In this document: one piece after another, positions 39,700-52,249 of the stretch
How positions within the stretch are numbered: the first letter of the stretch is position 1
Layout of the letters: every line of letters begins with the position of its first letter
Source of the DNA: Paragordius varius
Taxonomy: Eukaryota; Animalia; Nematomorpha
Reading direction: 5' to 3'
DNA length: 64,000 nucleotides
Assembly: GCA_964247055.1 (NCBI GenBank)
Contig: OZ176053.1
Location: forward strand, 12,772,001 to 12,836,000
Notes under the pieces: generated by a model
The model's input: the letters and a program-made list of their open reading frames with translations, nothing else
What the model was told of the DNA's origin: nothing
Databases searched by the model: none
Translations under genes and position numbers: made by a program

Positions 39700-40219
39700 C
39701 CGTTTCCATCATACTTCAAATTAGTATGAAATAAGCTTAAACAAAATATTTCTAATTAAATTTTTGTGTGCATTTTTAAAATTTTTTTAATTCAAAATTT
39801 TTTTATATATTTGTGATTTCATCCGGCAACCTCGGCATTTTTGCTTTCTCTGTCTAAAAAATAACCTTTGGGAAATATATTGTGTCTCAAGATTATTGAT
39901 TGAAAAATTTATCACACTGTTGTGGTAATGGTAAAACCACACTTTTTTAAATAAATTTTTTTTTGGCGAAAGCAGGCTTCATTTCAAATATTACTAAATA
40001 TTATAGTAGAAAAGCTATATAATATTTTCAAAAAAAGTTTAAATGTAAGTTCCGTAGGTCTTTTTGTGCTGGACTGGTTCTTGTATAATAAATCCTGTAG
40101 CACGATAAAAATTGTACATATTTAAAACAATATTTTTTTAAAAAGGATATTTTTTTAAAAATTTATTTTACCAAAATTTCGTTGAAAGCTATTTCATGCT
40201 TGTTTGAAGATGGAAACGG
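39700..40219. mobile_element. Possible MITE with short TIRs
   Basis: CCGTTTCCATC / GATGGAAACGG with weaker similarity extending inward. TA on the left flank only. Confidence 0.45.
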
Positions 40220-41154
40220 GATCAAAACGCAAAAAAAACATTTTTTTATCATAATTATATGATGATGAACATTTTTATCACCTCAGAATTTAGATTAAAA
40301 TATTAGTTTGTCTTCGAATTTATGCCATTTATAAATTGTGTTTTTTTAAAAATTCCCTAAAATTTGAAAAACGAACCTTTCTACGATAGTAATATTCAGC
40401 ATTATCAAAAGATTGCCAAGTATTTTATATCCCTGACCGTTTTTCAACTGCTTCCGCGATGCCTCAAAGTACTATCCAGTACGCTTCAACCAAATTTTGC
40501 TAATAATTAAATTATATATGCATTTAAAAGAATTAGCTTATATTTCAGCTTTTTATTGCGCAATATGGGCATTTTTGCTTTTTATTTCAGAAAAGTAGCT
40601 ATTTTAGAAGACCGATGCGACTCTTGAAGCCCACATCTAAAATAAATTTTAAAAAATATTGATTTATTTTTTTAGATAGTTAATGATATATTTTAGTGAT
40701 ATTTGGAGTGAAGGATTTAGCCTTCATCAAAAAATTTAAATATACAAAACTTAAAATTTGCCATTTTCTTATATTAATCTCTGACCACAAAAGTGTAAAT
40801 AACTTTCTTATTTCAATAGTAATATCCAAACCAAAAGCGCCATGATTCGATACATTTTCTTATCAATATATAATAATCAGGCTATATTTTGATATCTCTA
40901 ACCTGTGTTATAAATCAACCCATTTTATAAGAAAAAAAATGCTTACAGAGCCTACACATGTAAAAATCAAATAATGTTTGGAATAAATTTAGCTTTCATT
41001 TAATATTTTAAACAAAATATGCGAAATATTTACCATTTTGTGATATGGGGCACTTACCATAAAAGCGCAAATGATTGAGGGCTAACATTAAAAACACGCA
41101 ACATTTCGCGTAGCTTCCCTTAGAATAACCCTTTAGTATTTCTATATTTGTTAG

Positions 41155-41192
41155 ATACAACCGAAATTCAACGAAATAAGGCGCCCAAAAAG
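41155..41192 (+). CDS. Small exon, 38 nt, phase 1 to 0: (D)TTEIQRNKAPKK
   Basis: tatttgttag|ATACAACC...AAAAAG|gtaaaa. Phase matches the upstream micro-exons and the exon at 41905. Confidence 0.62.
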
Positions 41193-41904
41193 GTAAAATA
41201 TATCATTTAAAAATTAACAATACCTATGTGTCAAAATTATCATCTTAATCATAAACAAAATGTTTTCCTTAATGCAAAATGTATTAAACCAGGCATGTCC
41301 AACACAATTTGGCCAAAAAGGATTTAAATAAAATTAATAATTATAATATTAAAGAGTATTATTGTAAAAAATGTTTTATTAAATTTTTATGTTAATGTCA
41401 CAACCTGCATTCAGAAATTCCCTAGTTTTTTCACACATTTTATTTAGTAATTGTAAAACTACCTTCTGTAAATTTGAATAAATTATGTATTTATTGAAAA
41501 AAGTCTGATAACGTTATAATCAACTAAAGTGATAAATCTTATATGCAAAATTAATTTTTTGAGCAAGTATTATTAAAAATTTTTTTTATAAAATTTAGAG
41601 TATAATATTAATTCTTAGCGCAGTCTCGGTATTCGTCGGCGACCAATCTTAAATTTTTTTAAATAATATTCAGCTTATTATAGTTGTAATAAGTAATGAT
41701 ATTGAATAAAGCCATTATATCCATTAAAATGTAAAATATCCATAAATTTTCATATTGATGTAAGTTAATACCAACAAAGTGGTTTTGCTAAAATCAAAAT
41801 GAAAATGATGATATAAACATATATATATATATATATTTATATTAAAAATCACTTTTTTATATACCGTGGTATGAATAATATAATATTGATTTTTATTATT
41901 TTAG

Positions 41905-41950
41905 AAAGGACGCCCCAGAGGACCAACAATCCGTCCTGTGGAAATAAAAC
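41905..41950 (+). CDS. Small exon, 46 nt, phase 0 to 1: KGRPRGPTIRPVEIK
   Basis: ttattattttag|AAAGGACG...TAAAAC|gtatga. A GC-rich island inside nearly pure AT flanks. Confidence 0.72.
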
Positions 41951-42014
41951 GTATGATTTATTGTATTCTATTTAAAGATTTCAAATATATTGTATATAAA
42001 TATTTATTATATAG

Positions 42015-42061
42015 ATGATGAAATTGAAAATTTTTTACGAGAAAACATCTTCATTTTATAA
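42015..42061 (+). CDS. Candidate terminal exon: (H)DEIENFLRENIFIL*
   Basis: 64-nt intron at 41951-42014 (gt..atag), phase 1, TAA at 42059-42061, AATAAA about 225 nt downstream. Confidence 0.55.
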
Positions 42062-44914
42062 TTATAATTACTTTTTCCTGGATGGATCAGTTATTTTTTA
42101 TTGATTGAATATTTAAATAGGTGATTTTAAGAGCGTTTTTGGGATTTAGTAATCTTTGATATATTGTTAAATGTATCCAAATACTAAAAATAATCTGGTT
42201 TCGTTTATATGTAAGAATTCTATTTAAGTAATTCGCATTATTAAAAAAAACATGGCGTATTTTTTAAAGGTTTAATTATACTATGTAATAAATTAAATAT
42301 CCTTTAACGTGATGTAAATGCCATTTATTAATCTTTTAATTTAATTTTTATAACATTTTACCACCTCATTACATTTTCTTATGGCATTTTGGGGTATTTT
42401 TAGACAACTTAAGGTAGTTAACAATATACTGTTTTAAACGTTTTCTGAGTTTGATTAATTATCAAACTTCATTTCCTATATTAGACAATAAACATTGAAT
42501 TACAGTTTTTCAAATTAAGATACCAACAAATGACATAAACAGCTGATGTTAGCATCAACAGCTGGTCTATAATTTAAAACCTTTTCAATATTTATTTATA
42601 TTCATACCATAATAATTTATTTGCTTGCATTCAGGATTTTTAAAAATAAAGAAAAAATGAGGGCGAAAAGATTGAGATAAGGATTTTACAATTTTACACT
42701 TTTGAAAACAAATTTATATCATGTGGCTAAAAAGAATATTATAAATTTGGTGTAAAAAATATTTTTTTAATATTTATATTTTAAATAATTTTAGGATATA
42801 AAGTTACCCCTAATGTTATAAAACGTCAAAAATTTTATTTTAAAAAAAGGGATTGTATGAGTGTATTATTATAACTCATAGAATTACCATATCGGATATC
42901 AAACCATATTTATAAAAGGTTGGATAAAAAATATTGTTAATTTAAAACATGAATTATGACACTTAGCGCCGAAAATGCGAATTGAATGTTTATAAATCAC
43001 ATATGATTTGAATAGTTAAAAGCTTCTATGAATATGGATATAATAAATGCGGTTAAGGAGATTTTTATGCTATTATCCGGGTTCGAAAATGACATCTTTG
43101 TCGCACATCAGGTTTAATAGAATAAAATTAGAGTAAAACGCCTCTAACAATATTTTTTTTATATACATTATAAGGATAATTTTAGGCCAAATATCATCGA
43201 TTTGATTTAACACTTTTTCAAAGGTCTAAAACACAGTAAAGCCAATAATAGGACTTTGCTTTTGAATCAAATAACTTGTTATTGAGTAAAATTTAATTTT
43301 AATTGAACTACCATATACTTACTATATGCCCAAAATTTTCCCAAAATGTCGCTTTCGAAAATCGATTCAAGGCCTTATAAAAGAATTTTTTATAATGTTC
43401 GCCACAGCGGAAGTAGCTTATAATTCAAGCCATAGAAATTACTTTTCTTATGTGTTTCGTTGCAGAAATAACCATCTATCATCTCAGTTTTTTAGGGTAT
43501 TTTTTAAAATTATATTAAAACTATATGTATATTTTGACTAACTATCTCTGTTATTGGGCACAATAACTCCCAAAATCAAAAAATTATTTTTAAGGCTTAT
43601 TTCAATTTTTAACAATATATTTTGCGTAAGCTTTAATTATTGTAAATATTGATTTATAGCGCATAATTATGTTTTTATAATGCAAATTTGACTTTAATGC
43701 GCTACTTTAATTCTTGCTTTCCACATTTGAATAACATTTTTATCGGTATTTAGGATTATACTATTCATACAGGTAAAATAAATTTAATTGAACTCTATCA
43801 TTTTTATTTTATTTAACTAATACAATAAAATTGCGACTTTTTGATTATGAATAATGGAAGAAAAATTAAAATAATCGTTTTCAGTATTTTCCCGCAATTT
43901 TTATTTCAAGCTATATTTTATATTCTTTTGTTTTTTAGATATATTTTTAATTTCCAGTGTAAAGAATCTTATTTGACAAACCTTCGTCGTATCCAACTCA
44001 ATAATATGTTAAATCTACAATCCTGAAAAAATATATATATTGATCATCCCAAATAAAATTTTGTCAGTTCCAAATAAAAGAAACCAGCGTTTTTAAAGGG
44101 TAAATAATCCGGTGCTATTGATTATAAGCATGGACAAAATAATTAGAGCAGCCAGTTGGCGATTTGGAAATAAATAGGATTAGAAAAAGCTTATATAGAC
44201 AGTAGGAAAAAGAGCAATTTTAGCAGACGAAAGGTCTGTAACGTCGATATCAATTTATCAAAACAGTTGTTAAATTATAAAAAGAAATTTTGTTTTCACA
44301 GTTAGGAGTAATGCATCAACTGAAACGATAATGCCGAATTCGCAGTGTATATGAAAGACGAAAAATTTGTATGTGTGAGAAAGACTAATATAATCGAGAC
44401 AAAAGATAAATCGTATGTTTTGACATAAGAGAATGGAAACTAAATAGGTAAATTGCTGAGATGATATGAAAGGTAAGGGGACAATTTGGCCCTTAAAACG
44501 CAGTGGGCAGACAGGGTTAAAAGGGATATGTCACCTCTAAAAAGAGGAATAGCGGAATAGTTTATAAATATGACGAGTTGAAAGAGGATTTCACATATTA
44601 TAAATTTATATATTTAGCAACTTGATGCTTAATGAATTTTAATCATTAACTATTTACTCTAAACTAATGTATATTAAAATATTATATATATTTTTCATAT
44701 AGTAAAAGTATCATGCACCTATATTAAACACAATCCTACAAATATAGATTAAAATTAAAATTTATTAACCATTTTAAACATTCTAACAGTAATACTTTAT
44801 AATATAAATGCTATCGAAGTTTACGGAAAATGCCATCTTTATTTTCTATAACAACATAATATGTATTGTAAGCCCATTGCAATTATCAGTCAGATACTAG
44901 TTATCAAGCCATAG

Positions 44915-45032
44915 GTGGCTTTATGAAACGAATATTTTGAAAGATCTGGGGAATCCTCAACATGAGTGAAAAGATTCAGGCATATGGACTGGTAAACATT
45001 GTCCTCTTTGAATTTTCGTTTCATAAAGCCAC
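44915..45032. repeat. Small inverted repeat: 18-bp perfect arms, with weaker outer arms to about 44878-45058
   Basis: gtggctttatgaaacgaa / ttcgtttcataaagccac. Confidence 0.7.
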
Positions 45033-45520
45033 TGCTTGAGAATTACTATCTAATTGCTATAGACTAATATAATGCTCCATATTTTGTTGTTATAAAATAA
45101 TACTCAAAAGAATCTATTCATCATTGAATATATTTAATTTTTTTATTTTTTAGGTGATTTGCGTATTATTCCCAGGATTAACTACAAAGAGCACCCTATT
45201 AACGAGTTATTATTCTTATTAATATTATTTATTAATTTATATCATAAATATTGAATGCCATTAATTATATTTAATGGATATTGAAGTTATTTCTTTTATT
45301 AGTCATTTATTATCTGCCTTACTTAAATTTTGATAATTATGATATGGTATAAAAACACAAATATAAAATATATAATATACATATTACTATCATGATTTTC
45401 TAACTCTTTGACGAATATAATTTATGTTTTTTCTGTCTCACCCATTAATTATTTTTTTATAGAAAAATCCATTGAATCTGAAGACATTGGTAATATAATT
45501 ATAATATTTTTTTAAATTTA

Positions 45521-47107
45521 CACTTATTTACAACAGATTCATTTTAGCCTTAGTTTTAAATTGGGGTAGTTAGATACCCTAGGCCTGCAAATAATTTACT
45601 AAACACCTATTGGTTTAAAGTTCTATCGTTTTTTTTATTTATTATTCCCTAACTTACTACATAAAACAGGAATATACTTTTTAATTCGTCCATACATGAT
45701 TCCATTCGAATTTCAAATATCTATTATTTATGTTTAATATCTGTATAACAGAAAGAGAAAATCTTTTAAAGTATTTTTTTGATTTAAAGGCTTACAAAGA
45801 CGAATATTTGAATAGTACGTGCAAGATATTTGACAGTTATTGAATCCTAACCAATATGTTTTTGTGAACAGATCAACAAAATCTATAAAAGGATCTCCCA
45901 GAATAATTCTATTGATTAACATCGTTTTTATATTTGATGCTTTATATCCAATTATGTATCTTTATTTATTCTACGATAGTATACAAAATAAATCTAAACT
46001 TGCCTTTTGCTTTCCAGAAGTAAATAGTTTATTATTTAATTCAGTTAGATATAAAATTGGCTTAATAAAATTTTATGGAGAAAATAAACAAGATACGTTC
46101 CTTTTGGGACAACCTCTTCAATGAAATTCTAGTTTAAGTCATGAATGTTGACTATGATCTCAAGTTCAGAAAAAATTGATAATTAATATATTATTTATTC
46201 TGTGAATACTCATTTATTAACGTTTCAATAAATATACTAAAAAATAATAAAAATTTAGCAATTATTGTAATGAAGATTGTTTTTCTGTTTATATACTTGG
46301 CAAAATATTACGTATTTTTTTGTCAACAGATCTTAAAGACAAATAGCACCTTGTAGGATATATAAATATATATACCTTCTTGGCGCATTATTATTAGTGC
46401 GTTCCGAAATTCCTTCTAAAGAAAGATGATTTAAGAAACCATGATTTGGCCACGCCCATAGAAACAAAATCCCTAAATTTGTATATAGATAATATACCTA
46501 AAAAGGCATCAAATTCTTTTATATTCACATTAATCCAGATTTCCGATTGAGCGTGAGCATTTGCATACCTTATAATCAAATTTTTTTATGTCATAGGTTA
46601 TGATAGATTAAATGTTGTAAGTGGGTCCTGGGATAATTAATTTAAGCCCGGGATAAAACGGTATTGGATCGCTTGTAAGTAGGATTTAAATGTTTCCAAA
46701 AAATGATTTGGAATAAGCTAGATTTTTTGTTATATTAGAATCTAAATAAAACTTTTTACATGATTCAGAAGATGAGGAGTCATCCACATTATCTGTTGAA
46801 TAATCTCTGCTACTATCAAAATTATCTGAAAATTCTTCCATTAAACAAAATAAATGCTTTGTAACGGAAACTTTGAATGATATCTTTACAGGAGGTGGGA
46901 TTGTGCATGTTTTAAAAATAATATATAGAATAATTCTGGCGCCAACCAATTTGAGATGAGAATTTAAAACCAAATTTTATTTAGATATAGTTTAAATATA
47001 TTATTTTTATTGAGAGGCATAAATTTAAATTAGGGCCATTCTATTCGGTAAAAGTACCAAATTGAAAATGATCTATATATTTAGATACCACAATTTGTAT
47101 CGAAGTG
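45521..47107 (-). mobile_element. Internally deleted piggyBac-like element, copy 1
   Basis: Ends TTTA|CACTT and ATCGAAGTG|TTAA. Minus-strand remnants: acidic N-terminus, IIRYANAHAQ..W..V..KEFDAFLGIL, and CRD-like RCYLSLRSVDKK. Confidence 0.75.
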
Positions 47108-47992
47108 TTAAAAATGTATTTATATTTGACCTCCATTTTTTATAATTATTGCAGATTGCAAATTAAGCACGACGTCCTATAAACATTAATATTCTTTTAA
47201 AATTATTATTTTTTAAAAATAAACTTTAAATTCAGCCAACAAGACATGGTGTTTTGACTAAATACACGAATGAAATAAACCCATTTTCTGTTTATGTTAT
47301 ATGTTATAACATTGACTTTAATTTTAGCGTTATAATAAACAAGGATATTTTGCAGAAAATATGTTGAAAAAATGGCTTTGAAGTAGATACGGATATGTCA
47401 GAGATAATTTTAATTTTGTATTGAGAAGCATAATTTAAATTGGAACCGTTCGTTTTGTTAATTTTTTATCAATAAAGGGCTAACGAGTTACTCCAACTAG
47501 AATCAAAATAATTGATATCAATTAATTTAATAAATAAAAAAATTAATAATTTCCTAGTTAAAGCAAACATTAAAATTCATTAATATGTGTGGTTGTTGTG
47601 TATTGGCATTTTAATTTGGTAAAATTTTGATAGGATACAAAATAAAATGGTTGAGTTTTAAAACATGAATATATAATTAAAACAGTTTTGATAGGATGTC
47701 CTTACTTCTCCAAAGGTTTATATAGATTTAAGAATAAACCAAAAATGTAATATTAAGCAATCATATGCTATTTATCATTTGAAAGAATAAAATAAAAATA
47801 CACATTTGCTGACCAGGACCTCTTAAACTATAGTTCGCGACCCCATTTGGACTCGCATAGCAAAATTATGGGGTTCCGAGTGATAAAAATACAATTTAAT
47901 GTTATAAAGAAAAATAACAATCATTGTAGATAAATATATTATAAAATCTTCTGGTTCGGAAAAACTTATACCAGCATTTATAATCATAATAA

Positions 47993-49097
47993 TCTATATA
48001 TTTATGAAAATGGAAAGTGGTAACTTTGTGATCTGTTTCCGGAAGACCGGTAATGTCAAAATAATATAATCATTAATGAATGCCTCGACAATAGCTTCCC
48101 CCTTTTTTTAAATCAGGCCCCCGTGTTTAAAACGGATTTTTTGACACGACAAATATCGTGTCTTTAAGACAATTTTCCGCAAAACGTGTTGGACCATTCG
48201 ATATCAAAAATGATTTTTTTATTTTTTTGATTGCGCCGAACATAGTCGACTTACTTTTTAAATTTAGGCTCTCTTTTTACCCCCTCTCCCGTAAAATCCA
48301 ATTTTTTACAAAAAAACTAAATTTTTTGCCCAGGGTATGAAAACGTTAAAATTCAATGAGGATTCCAGGCATTCTCTGTTAAAAGGCAAACATTTGAGTT
48401 TGCGCTTCTTAAATATTGACTGCTTGGTAAAGAGATAACCCCTAAAATTGCGCCACTATATAGAAATTGCGTTGTTTTGAAGCTAATTTTCAGAAAATTA
48501 ATGAAGCCATATGAGCTCATTAAAAGATTGAAATATTACCCGTAAAAATTAAGGTCGGGCTTTTTTATTAGCCGTTAACTTGGGGCCTTTATGCCATAAA
48601 AATACACCAACATTTAACGATTATTTAGTGTTGAGATATTTTTTCGAATCACCCATAAGACGATGATATCAAAGAGTATTTTAAATATTTGCTCTATAAA
48701 GGCAGCGAAATTATCTCAGCGCTTTTTCAATATAGAACTATAGGTTTAGGTCTACCGGTTTAAAATTCAGAGATACAAAAATGGCGTGTTTTGAAACTAA
48801 TTGTCAAAAAATTAACAAGCAATGCGTGTTCAAATAAAGGTTTTTCAATAATACCCATAAAAAAGTAAAAATTAATGCACAGCGGTTTTTTCCGTTAGCC
48901 ATAAATTTGGGGCCTTCTCACCAGTAAACAATATATTACTATGAATGTACAGTTTTGAAAATTCTATAAGCAAAATCCTTGGATATCACAGCTTTTTAAT
49001 AATGTTTCGAAATAATCCACATATTGCCCCCCCCCCCCCCCCCCCCCAAGAGCTAAGGACTTCTTCGGGCGGGGTAGCAGCATGAGATTTACGCTAG
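47993..49097 (+). mobile_element. Non-autonomous Helitron-like element, copy 3
   Basis: 5' A|TCTATATATTTATGAAAATGG and 3' gagatttacgCTAG|T. Head and tail are homologous to 19534-20611. Confidence 0.85.
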
Positions 49098-49549
49098 TAT
49101 ATATATATATATATATATATATATTGTAATTTAACAATAGCATGTTATTTTCAAAAAACAAAAAACATCTTTACCAATATTCGTTCGACTGTATTATTCA
49201 TATAAAATCAGATATATATCTAATTTAGATGCAAAAACAATAAATTATTATATCACAATGTTAAAAATGATTTTTAAAGCGGTAAATTAGTGATGAGGCT
49301 ATAAAATTCGATCATAGATATATGTTGCAAAATCTCTTATATACATATTTTTAAAAGAGGAAAAAACGCGAATTCAACAAATAAAATTTACAAAATATAA
49401 CATAACAACAAATGATCGATGCATATCAATAAAATATTATCACATTCGTGAGTAGCAAGTTTAAAATCCCGAATCATAAATTAATACATATTGCTTTCCT
49501 GACATTGAATATTAAGTAATTACCTAAACAAAATATCGGAAGTTGGTGA

Positions 49550-50830
49550 TGAATATTTTATATATATATACCATTCAGTAAAAAAAACGTTTTCCCAGTC
49601 AATCGAAACGTTTTCACAGTGAATCGAAACGTTTACCTAGTCAATCGAAACTTTCCCAGTCAATTAAAACGTTTTCCCAATCAATAAAAACGTTCTCCCA
49701 GTCAATAAAAACGGTTTATATATAATAAATTTTAAAACGAGATAAAAATATAAGTTTTATCCATTATCAGCGTAATATTAGAATAATATTTTTTGTAAAA
49801 CCACAATTGTTTGACAATATTTCCAATTATATTCCAATTACAATCATTAATAACTTATTCTATAAAAGTATTATTTTATGGAATTTGAGTATTTTTAAGA
49901 AAATATTTAATAATTTTTTCATTCTATCGTTGGCAAGCATATTTTGGGGAGCATATAAAATGTATAGTTACTGATGAAATAATAAAATTTATAAAAATAT
50001 ACCATTTCTATCTCAAATTGGATAACGCTTTAAGTGGTTTTTACCATGTCAACTTTACCCATTTATATGATATTATTATCTTTTAGTCCGGGGATATCCA
50101 ACACGCGGCCTTGCGAGATTCTGCAACCCGTGAAAAATTTGGAAATCTATCTGCAAAAATATGCGCCTAAAATCTTAATAAAATTAATATTTCTTACGCA
50201 ATTTTCTGAATAAGTCTATTTGGCGATGAACTTGAAAAAAAGTGTTATATTGTGTTTGTTATTTACAGGTCTAAAATCGAATAAATTTTTTATGAATGCC
50301 AATATATATTTTGAATGGGAAAAGTCGTGCTTTTTAGTTAAAAATGCGGCCCACCAAGCCAGTTGGTTGAACACCCCTGTTTTATTCAAATATCCTTTTT
50401 TAATAAATATTTTTAAGTCAAAGAACATTTTTATCTAAAAAATATTTTTTGTTTAGATATTTTTTCCTCACAATATTATCGACAAACTTGACATGATAAA
50501 AACCATATAAAGCGTTATATGGATAGAAATGGTTTTTTAAAAATTTTAATATTTCACCCGTAACTATAGATTTTATAAGCTGCCCAGAATATGCTTGCCA
50601 ACGCTAGAATTAAAAATTATTAAATATTTTCTTAAAAATACTTAAATTCCATAAAATTTACTTTTATAGAATAAGTTAGGTTAAAACTTATTTTAAATTC
50701 GTTTTGATAAAAACCGTTTTTATTGACTGGGAAAACGTTTTTATTCATTGGGAAACGTTTTTATTGATTAGGAAAATGTTTCGTTGATTGGGAGAACGAT
50801 TTTTTGACTGGGAAATAATATAAATATTTT
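49550..50830. mobile_element. Foldback-like element with 21-bp tandem arrays in both arms
   Basis: About 6 aaacgttttcccagtcaatcg-type units at 49585-49715 and about 5 inverted units at 50712-50815. Inner arms 49730-50010 and 50520-50710. Confidence 0.8.
50089..50379. mobile_element. hAT (Charlie-type) MITE nested in the foldback loop
   Basis: Degenerate left TIR cggggatatccaac, right TIR gttgaacacccctg, TSD ttttagtc / ttttattc. Confidence 0.65.
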
Positions 50831-51084
50831 TATGTGTAAAAAATTAAATGATAATCAATAAAATACCAATATAATTATTACAATCCCTATTTAAATTAGC
50901 TACATAGTCTGGTTGTGTCATCACATCCGAGATAGATTAGTCATAATTGGCTTATTTTAATTTGGGCCATAGTTGTGACATTGGCGAAAAATGATAGTTA
51001 GTCTAGAAAATAAGGGAACATATTTCTTATTTAGTTTTTGATGTTTATATGAAGGTTAAACTTTAAAAAAAATCCCACGGATAA

Positions 51085-51430
51085 TTTAAGGTGGAGAAAA
51101 CCTTTACAAATAAAACGGACGGATAAAATTACTAACAATGCAAATTTATAAAATCAATCCCGACATGTCGTTGCTCGGAATGTCCATCCGCACCAAACTA
51201 TCCTACTTTGGCCACATTATAAGAACTAGTTTAATGAAAAAGTCCTTATTAGCGATACGCGTAAAAGGGGCCGAAGAAGGATAAGGTGGATGGATAATAT
51301 TCAACAAGAAACCCACGCAACCTTGGCTGAACTCAACATTAAAACTAAAAACCGCAATTTATGGAGAAGACATATTTACAATTGCAAAAAGTCGACCTCG
51401 ACTGTAGCAACACACACACACACACACACA
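51085..51430 (+). pseudogene. 3' fragment of an RTE (BovB-like) LINE with a (CA)n tail
   Basis: WRKPLQI..TDKITN, PDMSL..KLSYFGHIIR, GRRRIRWMDNI, NRNLWR, followed by the CA repeat at about 51410-51430. Confidence 0.78.
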
Positions 51431-52249
51431 ATCGATATAGTAAAAAGACAAAACAAAAAAATCAAAGGATCAACTTGAAGTGTTCAAGGACCAACTTGAA
51501 TGTTCAAGGACACTCTTGAAGTGCATATGTTATACATGAGAACAATGTTAAATAACTAAATTTAAAAAAAAATTGAAAACTGAGTTTTACTTGAGCTTTG
51601 GGATAAAACTATCCCAATATGTAAACTAAGACTGAAAAGGTAAAAGGCTAAAAATCATATAAAATTATATATATAACAAAGAATGGGGTGATAAAAAAAA
51701 TTTTTTTCACTTGCAAGTTCAAATCATGGCATGCTTTCATGTGATAATAAATTTAACATTAAAAGACTTAAATTAAGCAAATCTTGTTAGAAAAAAATCA
51801 TATGATCAAGTAAAATTAAAATATTTCACAAATAAGGTGTAAGGAGCACTTGACAGATTTAAAAATATGGATAAATTATTTTGGAAAATATATATGTAAA
51901 TAATTTATGTTTTATATTTAAATAAAACCTTTGTAAATGATTTTTGGCTTATTAACCTATTCAAATTGGCTGAATACATATGAGGATGTTTTTAGAAAAA
52001 CTCTGCTAATTTTTAAGAATATTTAGAAATATCCTAAATGTATCGATTCCGTAAACCCAAAAAAAATTGATACACGAAAATATCGAAAGTTTAATAATTA
52101 AATAATCTAATTTAATTATTAAATCTTTGTTTTACATAAAGTTATAAATTCTAAAACTCACTTCCCCATTAAAACATGTAAAGAGTTTTTCATCATAAAT
52201 TTATTTATTCAATGTTAATAAATTGTCTATGTAAATTTAACTCGCTTTT

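Noticed and set aside
43960-44580. Possible minus-strand LINE RT remnant (CVLRAKLSPYL..NLP)
   Set aside because: Only a vague resemblance to the QG..LSP and YADD motifs; too degenerate to call.
49585-49715. 21-bp tandem array as a possible CRISPR
   Set aside because: The units are contiguous with no unique spacers, are mirrored in the other arm of a foldback, and the context is eukaryotic with no cas genes.
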